DNA of 64,000 bases, from IMG/VR virus record IMGVR_UViG_3300024991_000250. The stretch is one strand, 5' to 3'. The translations under genes were made by a program, and so were the position numbers. This DNA is from a virus. Every line of letters begins with the position of its first letter. The stretch's first letter is position 1. Below the pieces are notes generated by a model. That model ran no database searches, had not been told where the DNA came from, and saw nothing but the letters and a program-made list of their open reading frames with translations. Shown here in pieces: positions 36,936 through 44,989 of the stretch.

Positions 36936-37169
36936 CTACCAAGGAGCCTTTGGCACAACTGGCTGTGGTTGCGCTGTCTTGCCCTTGCCAACGCATACCG
37001 GGCGCCCGAACTCCCAACCGCAATAATTGACCCGGCCGTCAGCGCGAGCGATGCCGAATGCTGCGTTCGGAGCATTGCACTCAACACAGAAGTAGATTGG
37101 AAAGAACGGCCCTGCCCCGGCATTGGTCGGAACGATCTCGCCTGTGGTCATCTGGTACTTGGTGGTCAT
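36936..37169 (-). CDS. Small Cys-rich hypothetical protein (77 aa)
   Basis: FCVECNAP...YCGW...PVC; start uncertain. Confidence 0.4.
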   Translation of the reverse strand: MTTKYQMTTGEIVPTNAGAGPFFPIYFCVECNAPNAAFGIARADGRVNYCGWEFGRPVCVGKGKTAQPQPVVPKAPW

Positions 37170-37214
37170 GTCGTCAGTAGCAATCTGTAGCGGGTGGGAG
37201 AATCGCGTGTAATT

Positions 37215-37640
37215 ATGCTTGGCATGGCCCGCGTCCCGAATACAGCAGGCAGCGACCTGACCAATACCCAGCTCGATCGCATGGTTGATGCGCGCTGGGC
37301 TGCGGCCCAGCGTAAGCGTATCTACCGCTGGACAACCGACCAGGACGAGACCTCGTCGGATTGCATAATGGTTGGGATAGGCGGCACCAGCGTCGACATG
37401 CTGACCGCTGGCCCCTCCTACGTTGAGCCTCAAGCAAGTATCTATTGGTGCTCGCAGATGACTAGGCTGGGGTTTTTCGAAGCGGGCGGCGATAGCGGTC
37501 CCTACCCCGTGCTCGAAGCGCTCCAGCAAGCCGACCTCATCGCCAGCCTCATGGGCTATGCGGGCGTGGTGATCCTGCTCAACGAGGCGGGGATATGGCG
37601 TCCCGAGTGGGGCATCTTGGCAGAAAACGAGGGTTTGTGA
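37215..37640 (+). CDS. Hypothetical protein (141 aa)
   Basis: TGATG-coupled to the SRAP gene. Confidence 0.6.
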   Translation: MLGMARVPNTAGSDLTNTQLDRMVDARWAAAQRKRIYRWTTDQDETSSDCIMVGIGGTSVDMLTAGPSYVEPQASIYWCSQMTRLGFFEAGGDSGPYPVLEALQQADLIASLMGYAGVVILLNEAGIWRPEWGILAENEGL

Positions 37641-38323
37641 TGTGCGGTCGGTTCACCAATGAGATGACCTGGGCGCAGATCCACGCGCTTTATTCGATCC
37701 ACGACGCGCCGCCGGCAGCAACAAACTCCCGGCCGCGGTTCAATATCGCGCCGACGCAAGAAGTCGATTTCGCGCATCTGGACAAGACCGGCAACATAGA
37801 GCTCGATCGCGGCCGATGGTGGTTGGTGCCGTTTTATGCAAAAGAGCTACCAAAGAACGCGATGTTCAACGCTCGGATTGAGAGCGTCGACACCTCTGGC
37901 GCGTTCCGGGAGGGCTTCAAGTCGCGGCGCTGCCTTATTCCGGCCGATGGCTATTTCGAATGGACCGTCAGCGAGGAAGACGGCAAGAAAGACCCTTGGC
38001 TACTGCAGCTTCCGAGCGCCTTGCCCTTCAGTTTCGCCGGCATATGGGCGCACAACGACAATCTTGGCGTGACCAGTTGCACAATCATCACGGCGCCGGC
38101 GGTGCCTGAGATTGCACACATTCATAAGCGCATGCCAATCATCCTCGCTCCAGAGGCCTACCGCACATGGCTCAATACCGAGATCCAGGGCAAGGATGCG
38201 AAGACCCTGCTGCTGGACGCGCAAATAGATAGCCAGCTCGAGTTCCACCGAGTGGGCCGAGACGTTAACTCCAGCCGGTACGAGGGGACGGACACCAAGA
38301 AGCCGCTCCTCAATTCGCTTTAA
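37640..38323 (+). CDS. SOS response-associated peptidase (SRAP/YedK/HMCES family, 227 aa)
   Basis: Starts MCGRF (catalytic Cys2); RFNIAPTQ, FNARIES, RRCLIPADGYFEW, IHKRMP. Confidence 0.95.
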   Translation: MCGRFTNEMTWAQIHALYSIHDAPPAATNSRPRFNIAPTQEVDFAHLDKTGNIELDRGRWWLVPFYAKELPKNAMFNARIESVDTSGAFREGFKSRRCLIPADGYFEWTVSEEDGKKDPWLLQLPSALPFSFAGIWAHNDNLGVTSCTIITAPAVPEIAHIHKRMPIILAPEAYRTWLNTEIQGKDAKTLLLDAQIDSQLEFHRVGRDVNSSRYEGTDTKKPLLNSL

Positions 38324-38871
38324 CGGCGCCGCCGGCGGCGGTATCCGCCCGATATGGCCTCACCCTTTGGCTGGTCTGGTATCTCGCCGCTCTCCCGTCT
38401 TCGCGCAAACTCGGAAGATATCTGACGGTAGAGGTTGGAGAGCACAGGATGCTCTGCAGCTATCTCTTCGCCATAGGCTCGGTGGAGGTGCCACATCACC
38501 TTGCGAAGGAATTCAGCATCCTCTGCAAAAAGGCTATTCGGCACCGGCTGCACAGGCGCACGCGCCACTACCATCGCCGCCTCTAAGTCGATGTTTCGCG
38601 GCGGCTCGGTTTGGACACATCGCCACCATGCGTCTGTGGCCTTGTCCGCAGCGCCTTGCTTGTCGGGCCAGAAGCCATGCTCTGCAAACCATCCATCCCA
38701 ACGGACGCGCCAAAGCCAGTGCTGAGTGGGCCCATAAGGCAACACGTCGGTGTTGTAGCCGGTGCTGTGAAGGCGAATCTCTGCATAACGCTGCTCATGA
38801 TCCGTCGCGGTTGGATAGGCGACAAATCTGTCGACTTCCTTGCGCCACTTTAGGCGTTGCAGCTCGCCCAT
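38320..38871 (-). CDS. Hypothetical Trp-rich protein (183 aa)
   Basis: Converges on SRAP; follows the 49-aa gene. Confidence 0.6.
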   Translation of the reverse strand: MGELQRLKWRKEVDRFVAYPTATDHEQRYAEIRLHSTGYNTDVLPYGPTQHWLWRVRWDGWFAEHGFWPDKQGAADKATDAWWRCVQTEPPRNIDLEAAMVVARAPVQPVPNSLFAEDAEFLRKVMWHLHRAYGEEIAAEHPVLSNLYRQISSEFARRRESGEIPDQPKGEAISGGYRRRRRR

Positions 38872-38874
38872 AGG

Positions 38875-39024
38875 TCACTTCTTTATCGGGCGCTCGACGG
38901 ACAGCGCTTCTCGCACGACGGCCGGCGGCCAGCCCGTCAGCTTGGCAATGTCCTTTGCATCCAGCCCGGTTTGATGAAGGCGACGTATCCGAACAGCGCG
39001 CGGGACTTTGATGGCGATTCCCAT
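38875..39024 (-). CDS. Small HTH-like protein (49 aa)
   Basis: IRRLHQTGLDAKDIAKLTGWPPAVVREAL; GGAGA SD. Confidence 0.55.
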   Translation of the reverse strand: MGIAIKVPRAVRIRRLHQTGLDAKDIAKLTGWPPAVVREALSVERPIKK

Positions 39025-39048
39025 TGCGATCTCCACTTGAAAATGTGA

Positions 39049-39063
39049 GAACGAAATAGGAAC
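39049..39063. promoter_or_regulatory. Alphaproteobacterial LexA (SOS) box
   Basis: GAAC-gaaatag-GAAC in a 52-bp divergent intergenic gap. Confidence 0.8.
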
Positions 39064-39076
39064 ACGGAGACCACTC

Positions 39077-39331
39077 ATGTCAACTACCACCACCACCAGA
39101 TTGATCGTGATGCTGGCGTTTGTCCGCGACGACGAAGGCGAACTGCAGCCTGCTTTTGAAGCGCGAGAATGCCAAAGCGAGGGGCAGGCCAAGCAGCAGG
39201 CTCTGCTGGCCAAAAGCAGTGGAAAATACGCTGGCGTAATAGCCTGGTCGCGCGAAGCTAACCTTGTAAATGGAGAGTTTGGTCCGCCAGAACCGATCTT
39301 CCAATGGGGTGAAATCCCTCAGATGGAATAG
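39077..39331 (+). CDS. Small acidic hypothetical protein (84 aa), probably SOS-induced
   Basis: GGAGA SD; 13 bp downstream of the LexA box. Confidence 0.7.
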   Translation: MSTTTTTRLIVMLAFVRDDEGELQPAFEARECQSEGQAKQQALLAKSSGKYAGVIAWSREANLVNGEFGPPEPIFQWGEIPQME

Positions 39332-39354
39332 GCCATGAGCGGTTTATTGCCCGC

Positions 39355-39564
39355 TCAAGACACCTTGCGGAGTCCGCGCCTCAGCACTTCAGATTGAAGC
39401 CGCTCAATCCAGTGGGTTGCGATCAGGCTGGGCGAGTGGAGCCGATCAAACGAGTATAGCAGTTGCTCATCCGTCATTTCGGCAACACGTTTGGCCGCCG
39501 TGATGTCATCGACGCCAGCGCCAAGGAAATAGCTAACATACTGGTCAACACCCTGATCTGTCAT
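39355..39564 (-). CDS. Hypothetical protein (69 aa)
   Basis: MTDQGVDQYVSYFL...; start uncertain. Confidence 0.4.
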   Translation of the reverse strand: MTDQGVDQYVSYFLGAGVDDITAAKRVAEMTDEQLLYSFDRLHSPSLIATHWIERLQSEVLRRGLRKVS

Positions 39565-39648
39565 ATGCGGACCCGCGAGCAAGAAGGAGTGGGGCACAAG
39601 TACAGTACCCGCGGGGTCACAGCAACGTGAAACGAGGTGCCGGCACAC

Positions 39649-40329
39649 TCACATCGTTAATGCGATACGCATGAGGTCGGCTGTGTTGCGCGCGCCAAGT
39701 TTTTCCATAACGTGGGCCCTGTGGACTTCGACGGTGCGCGGTGAGATGCCGAGCTCCTTTCCTGCCTGCTTATTGGACCTTCCATTGACCACGCACTGCA
39801 TTACTTCGCGCTCTCGCGGAGTGAGTTTCTTAAAACCCTTCACTTCGACAGTTACATCGCCACCGGCGACTGCCGGCACAATGTGAACGTCCTTTCGAAG
39901 TTCATTACATACTGAGTTCACCAGTAGCTCGCCATCAATCGGCCTTACGAATACGTCCCGAGCTCCCATTTTCATGGCCGACACGGCCAGGCCGATGTCA
40001 GACGGGCTGGCCAGCATGATGACTGGCGTTCCAACTTTTAGGGAACGCACGCGGTGAAGAAGGTCTAGGCCACTTTGTTCGCCCACCGACAAGTTAATTA
40101 TCGCAACATCTGGCCGAAGCCGCTCAAGCGATGCCACGAAATGCGCAGCATCGAGCGAAAACGTAGTTTGAAACCCCTCGAGACGGAACAGTACACTCAA
40201 CGCCTCGCAGATGCGTGCATCAGGGTCGACTATATGAATCAATCGCTTGGCTAAATCGTGTTTCCGGATTGCACCGTAATAGCTATCTATCCTCTTTGCG
40301 ACATTCGCTTCCAACCGCATTATTGTCAC
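39649..40329 (-). CDS. FixJ/NarL-family response regulator with atypical receiver (~226 aa)
   Basis: IHIVDPD receiver; LuxR HTH LTPREREV...SNKQAGKELGISPRTVEVHRAHVMEKLGA. Confidence 0.9.
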   Translation of the reverse strand: MTIMRLEANVAKRIDSYYGAIRKHDLAKRLIHIVDPDARICEALSVLFRLEGFQTTFSLDAAHFVASLERLRPDVAIINLSVGEQSGLDLLHRVRSLKVGTPVIMLASPSDIGLAVSAMKMGARDVFVRPIDGELLVNSVCNELRKDVHIVPAVAGGDVTVEVKGFKKLTPREREVMQCVVNGRSNKQAGKELGISPRTVEVHRAHVMEKLGARNTADLMRIALTM

Positions 40330-40521
40330 CTTTCTCAGACCTGAATCAGAAAAGACGAATGAGGAAGATACTAACAGCTATTCTGCGGTCAGAATTTTAT
40401 CTATCACTAGGGATTTATACTGAGAGAGCTCCCATTTAGAGACTAGTCAGCAGCGGGCTTATGAGCGGCTCCCCAGCAATAGCCTACCCGAGATAAGCAA
40501 AAGCGTGCATCAACCGGGCCG

Positions 40522-40869
40522 CTAGCGCCGCAATTCCCGATCCAGGCGCATCTCTTCGCGGATGCGGTCAATGCCCTTGGCCAGCGCGGCGTGACCTTCG
40601 GCGATCTCTTCGCCGGTGCGGCGCAGTTCGCGCAGTTCGCCTGTCAGCTCATCGACAGCCTTGGTCGCCAGCTGCAGCGCTGTCGGATCGACGATGACGG
40701 CCGCCACCTGGGCCGACGACTGCGACGAGGCCGGACCTGCCGCCTTGCCGCGCCGCTCGCCCAGCCAGGCGAGGCCGATAATGATGGCGAGGCTGATGCC
40801 AAAGGCAATCACGGCCAGGGGCGGCAGCTGGGAGAGATCAGGAAGTGCCACGGCTCTCTCCAGCGTCAT
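40522..40869 (-). CDS. Lysis-module membrane protein (holin/spanin-like)
   Basis: One TM segment plus coiled C-terminus; end of lysis operon. Confidence 0.5.
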   Translation of the reverse strand: MTLERAVALPDLSQLPPLAVIAFGISLAIIIGLAWLGERRGKAAGPASSQSSAQVAAVIVDPTALQLATKAVDELTGELRELRRTGEEIAEGHAALAKGIDRIREEMRLDRELRR

Positions 40870-41293
40870 GGGATGCGCGATAGATATTGACCAGCTCGAG
40901 CACGGCAAAGGCCGGATAGATCGCAAGCCAGGTAGTGACGACGCCCGAAGCCGCGAAGGCGAAGGTCCAGCCCACGAACAGCAGAAAACCGCCACCGGCC
41001 GAGACTTGGCGAATGCGCGGCGTGACGTGACGCCGGGCCCCATTGATGATCAGCCCGACAATGCGCATGAGGCCGATGAGCACCATGAACCAGCCGAGCA
41101 GGTTTTCGTCTCCGAAAATGGCCCGGAACCCGGCCCATGCGGGCTGGTCGAAGGTTTCGTCGGGCAGGAGCAGGACCATGCCAAGCGCCAGGGTCACGAA
41201 GGCCAGAAACCATTCCGGGATGCGAGGGCCGAATCGGTGGGTGATTTGCACCCACAGACCCGGCCCCGCATATGGCGCTTGGCCGCCGGTCAT
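40838..41293 (-). CDS. Multi-pass membrane protein, holin-like (151 aa)
   Basis: 3-4 hydrophobic segments; lysis operon. Confidence 0.55.
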   Translation of the reverse strand: MTGGQAPYAGPGLWVQITHRFGPRIPEWFLAFVTLALGMVLLLPDETFDQPAWAGFRAIFGDENLLGWFMVLIGLMRIVGLIINGARRHVTPRIRQVSAGGGFLLFVGWTFAFAASGVVTTWLAIYPAFAVLELVNIYRASHDAGESRGTS

Positions 41294-41799
41294 TTCGCCC
41301 GGCCGATCAGCGTGTCGCCATTCGGCAGGACAACCGGCAGCTTCGGCGTCAGCAGGCGATCGAGCGCCGCCTTGCCGGCTGCTGTCGCCGGATCGATGCC
41401 GAACGTCTGCAGAGCTTCAGGAACAGAGCTTTCGACATAGCCCCTGGCCGTCGAGAGGATGGCTTGCGAAATGACGTTGCCGGGCACCCAGCCCGCCTTC
41501 TGCAAGGCATAAAGCACACCATTCATCAGCGCCGATTGCAGCGCCTCACGGTGGCGAGCCTCGATGTCGATGCCGGTCTTGGCCTTGAGCATGGCCACGC
41601 CCCAGCCCACCAGCGCTGTAATGAAAAGGCCAAAGGCCGGAACCAGGGCCGTGACCACCTGCTGGATCATCGTCAGCTCGGACGTGACCGTGACGAGCCC
41701 ATCCTGCGCAAAGGCCGCCACCGGCGCCAGCATGACCGCGCCGATGACGAGGCCGAACATGAGGGCAGCGAACATCGCCGCCTGCTTGAGCAGTCGCAT
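41290..41799 (-). CDS. Membrane protein, holin-like (169 aa)
   Basis: AGGAG SD; two hydrophobic segments; IDIEARHREALQSAL motif; follows the endolysin. Confidence 0.55.
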   Translation of the reverse strand: MRLLKQAAMFAALMFGLVIGAVMLAPVAAFAQDGLVTVTSELTMIQQVVTALVPAFGLFITALVGWGVAMLKAKTGIDIEARHREALQSALMNGVLYALQKAGWVPGNVISQAILSTARGYVESSVPEALQTFGIDPATAAGKAALDRLLTPKLPVVLPNGDTLIGRAK

Positions 41800-41888
41800 T
41801 GTAGTCTCCTGTGATGTTGAGAGGGGTGACACTTCAGTTTTGCGGCCAGAACGACCGCACACTTCAATCGACCTTCGCGGTCGGTAGG

Positions 41889-42674
41889 CTATGCAGCCAG
41901 CTGGCCGAGCGGATCGGCCGGTACGCTGAAGCAGGGGCAGGCCTTGGCGGCATATTCGTTGTGGCCGCTGATGCGGCGGACGCCCTTGTGCCTGGCCACA
42001 AGCTCGCGGACCAACCACAGCAGCGAAGCCTGCTGCGCAGCCGTGCGGGTATCCTTGGCCGCCTTGCCATCGGCCGAGGTGCCGCCGATATAGCAAATGC
42101 CGATCGTGCCGGTATTGCGGCCGGCGACATGGCTGCCCACCTGGCCCACCGGCCGGCCAAGCATCACCCGACCGTCGCGATAGACGACATAGTGATAGCC
42201 GATATCGCTCCAGCCGCGCTGCTTATGCCAGGCGCGGATATCGGCGACGGTGAAATCCTTGCCTTCCGGCGTCGCCGCGCAGTGGAGGATGATTTCAGAG
42301 ATCGGTCGGGCCGTAACCAGCAGCTGCAGCGTCATTGCATTGGGCGGCAGGTCGCCGCCGTGCGGCCAGGCCGGCACAGCGTTCGGGTCAGGCTGAACGG
42401 CTGCCGGCGCCTTCCCCATGGCCGCCTTGTCCGGCTCTGCCCGGCCCGGCTTGGCCGCCTCGGCCGCACGCTTGAGCGCGGTCATGGTCTGCGGCCCGGC
42501 TTTGCCATCGACGATGAGGCCAAGCCGCTGCTGCGCCGCGCGCACCGCCTTGTCGGTTTCCCGGCCGAAATGGCCATCGACGGCAATGGGCGGGTCGCCG
42601 GATACCTGGTTGATGAGGATCTGCAGAGCGCGCACGGCAGCGCCCCGCGCCTCGAGCTTGAGGAGCGTGGTCAA
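41889..42674 (-). CDS. Endolysin: PG-binding domain plus amidase_2 (261 aa)
   Basis: DGHFGRET..AV..AQ...GL.VDGKAG; IILHCAAT, DIGYHY, GHNEY, KACP. Confidence 0.93.
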   Translation of the reverse strand: MTTLLKLEARGAAVRALQILINQVSGDPPIAVDGHFGRETDKAVRAAQQRLGLIVDGKAGPQTMTALKRAAEAAKPGRAEPDKAAMGKAPAAVQPDPNAVPAWPHGGDLPPNAMTLQLLVTARPISEIILHCAATPEGKDFTVADIRAWHKQRGWSDIGYHYVVYRDGRVMLGRPVGQVGSHVAGRNTGTIGICYIGGTSADGKAAKDTRTAAQQASLLWLVRELVARHKGVRRISGHNEYAAKACPCFSVPADPLGQLAA

Positions 42675-42782
42675 AAGATTTCTCCAATTTTACGTTTTAG
42701 AAGGTCACCTATCGGCGGCGTTTTTGGCGCTGGCACACAAACTGGATAAGTTCGTGCATCTCAGCATCACTGGGCTCGAAGC

Positions 42783-43163
42783 TCATCGTTGCGCAGGCAT
42801 CGAGGACCGCAGCACGAATGCTTGTCCCTTCGAGATTTTCGCAATCGTATCGAAGAGCCCGCTCGGATACTTCGCGAAGATGCATGCGGCGCACATAGTA
42901 TCCCGCCACTGACGAGCCCGGCGCTTGGGCCCGAACACGAACGGCAGGATGCCAACGGTCGAAACAACGAACAGCGCCGGCAGGGCCAGCCACCAGAGCC
43001 CGGCGTCCCAGACGCAGTGAGCGAAGGCGACATTGGCCTGGTCGAAGATGGACCAGTCCGTGGTGTCGAACAGGGTCACATCGTGGATATCGCAGCAGTG
43101 GCGGATCGAGATGCCGGCGATGATGTCAGGGATGCCGGTGCAGCCGTCCATTGCGGTCAACAT
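42783..43163 (-). CDS. Phospholipase A2-like protein (126 aa)
   Basis: DGCT...HCCDIHD motif followed by a hydrophobic segment. Confidence 0.5.
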   Translation of the reverse strand: MLTAMDGCTGIPDIIAGISIRHCCDIHDVTLFDTTDWSIFDQANVAFAHCVWDAGLWWLALPALFVVSTVGILPFVFGPKRRARQWRDTMCAACIFAKYPSGLFDTIAKISKGQAFVLRSSMPAQR

Positions 43164-43498
43164 GGGCTACTCGACTCTTTGCAAGCACAATGCAAATAAT
43201 CGGAAGCAAAATAGCCTTTGAGGGACGCTATGCCATCAAAACTGATCTTCGTTATTATGCTTTCTGCATCACTTCTGGGGTGCGCCCACAATAAAAACCA
43301 GCAAGTCATGGTGTCACCGCCTGACAAGGTATGCACCGACCCCATCACAGATTGCCCGGTGGTTACCGGAAATGGGGCGGCCGGCAAGTCGACCCAGGCC
43401 ACGACGCCTCCAGACAAATACTGCTCCGACCCAATCACAAACTGCCCAGACGTGAAGAGCACGAAACCAACGAAGCAGTAAGCGCAGCTCAGCATCAC
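43157..43498 (-). CDS. Bridge ORF E (113 aa), antisense to a nested lipoprotein
   Basis: GTG/ATG overlaps the TGA of 43495-44007; its TGA overlaps the next start (ATGTTGA). Confidence 0.4.
   Translation of the reverse strand: MMLSCAYCFVGFVLFTSGQFVIGSEQYLSGGVVAWVDLPAAPFPVTTGQSVMGSVHTLSGGDTMTCWFLLWAHPRSDAESIITKISFDGIASLKGYFASDYLHCACKESSSPC
43230..43481 (+). CDS. Nested antisense lipoprotein E with duplicated Cys motif (83 aa)
   Basis: GAGGGA SD; lipobox LLGC; PPDKVCTDPITDCP and PPDKYCSDPITNCP. Confidence 0.75.
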   Translation: MPSKLIFVIMLSASLLGCAHNKNQQVMVSPPDKVCTDPITDCPVVTGNGAAGKSTQATTPPDKYCSDPITNCPDVKSTKPTKQ

Positions 43499-44007
43499 AA
43501 AGCCGCCGCGTAAGCCCAGAGATCGTCGAGCTCGCTGGCCTGGAGACCAAGCGCCAGGCGCGCGGCTTCGACCAGCGGGTGATCGCGGCGGTATTCCTGC
43601 GAAAATTCCAGCATGGCCGAGGCATGGGCCCAGGCGAGCGGATCATAGGCCTCGGCCTCCGGATCGTTGAGGCTATCCACCCAGGCGCGCAGCGGGACCT
43701 CGTGGCCGGTGGCGCGGAGGACGCCCCAAAACTGATAGGGCTTCAGCGTCGGCAACGGCTGCGGTTCGGGCTCTGGAGCGTCTGCCAGATCATGCACAAA
43801 CTTCACCGCACCGCCGACCCGCTTCACGGTCTGGCCGGTGCTGACCTTGCCGTCCGGCACCGGGTCGGCCGGGGCCGGATTGTAGAGCCCGATGGCATTA
43901 AGATCGGCTTCCGGCCAGAGGCTGGCAATGGCGCGAGGGTATACGACGCCGGATATAGCTTCGCCGGCCCAGGGGGCGAACCCCTGAGGTGTTTCGAGAT
44001 AGGCCAT
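43495..44007 (-). CDS. Tail fibre chaperone-like protein (170 aa)
   Basis: Follows the fibre gene; PVPDGKVSTG, RRDHPLV...LGL...LDDLW motifs. Confidence 0.6.
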   Translation of the reverse strand: MAYLETPQGFAPWAGEAISGVVYPRAIASLWPEADLNAIGLYNPAPADPVPDGKVSTGQTVKRVGGAVKFVHDLADAPEPEPQPLPTLKPYQFWGVLRATGHEVPLRAWVDSLNDPEAEAYDPLAWAHASAMLEFSQEYRRDHPLVEAARLALGLQASELDDLWAYAAAL

Positions 44008-44023
44008 GATGTGATCCTATGGG

Positions 44024-44989
44024 TTATGCGGGGGCGCGAATGGCAATGCCACAAACGCGGTCTCCTGTGGCTGTAAACCCAAGTAGGTTCACGCCGTCAG
44101 AGCGGTTGGAAACGATATCACCTGATAACTCTGCTGCAGAAGAGTTCGCTTGTAGTACAGCTTCACTTCCTGACCACGCTGGAGTGCGGACTCTGTCGAC
44201 GATGTACCAAGGCCCAACCCGCGAAATGTATTTCAAGATAATAAATTGCACGGGCCAACCTGTAATAATGGGGTCATTACCGGACCCACTGCATGTGACA
44301 TCAAATGCCTGAATAACCCCATCCGGGTCAGGGTCGTGAGCCCATGCGTAAAGTATGTAATTGCCGCTCGGTGCGCTGGCTAAAAACGTGGCCACATTGC
44401 CAATCATCACCAAATTTGCACCCGAACTATATCGTGCATCGGTCGTATTGAGTTTAAGGTTGAAACCATAGGCTAGACCCCGAACCCAAGTTGCCCAATC
44501 TGAATTCGTGTCCAGTCGCTTAATAGTTACTAGTCCAACATTTCCTAAGCCTGAAAGATCAATCGAAGTGTCGGCACCATTTGTATGGGTGAACGTCACA
44601 ACCTTGAAAAAGCGGTCCTCATCAACAAATGACCACGAGACGTAATTGTTTAAATTTCCGTTCAGCCCACCGGCATTTGATCCAAGGAAGTACCCATTAT
44701 TGTTAAATGCGGTAAGTCCATATTCAAGACCCTGTTGCGCATCGCTAGAGCTTGTTTTTAACGCCCCAGCGCCAACCCCCCTCAGGCCATCGATGAGAAA
44801 ATGGTCGAACGGCTGATTTCTCACCTTGGTCCAGACCAACCCTCGCGCACCGGAGAGGTCGATACCATTGACAATAGTCTGCGTTGCGCCATTTCCAATA
44901 TAGCCCTTTGTGGCGAAGACCTTAGAAACATCCGGGGCAGCCCCGCCGGCCCCACCCATCAGCATCGCTGAACTCAGCCCCGGCAACAT
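44024..44989 (-). CDS. Putative receptor-binding/tail fibre protein (321 aa)
   Basis: YIGNGATQTI.NGIDLS..GLVWTK.R repeats; AT-rich codons; TGATG-coupled start at 44989. Confidence 0.6.
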   Translation of the reverse strand: MLPGLSSAMLMGGAGGAAPDVSKVFATKGYIGNGATQTIVNGIDLSGARGLVWTKVRNQPFDHFLIDGLRGVGAGALKTSSSDAQQGLEYGLTAFNNNGYFLGSNAGGLNGNLNNYVSWSFVDEDRFFKVVTFTHTNGADTSIDLSGLGNVGLVTIKRLDTNSDWATWVRGLAYGFNLKLNTTDARYSSGANLVMIGNVATFLASAPSGNYILYAWAHDPDPDGVIQAFDVTCSGSGNDPIITGWPVQFIILKYISRVGPWYIVDRVRTPAWSGSEAVLQANSSAAELSGDIVSNRSDGVNLLGFTATGDRVCGIAIRAPA

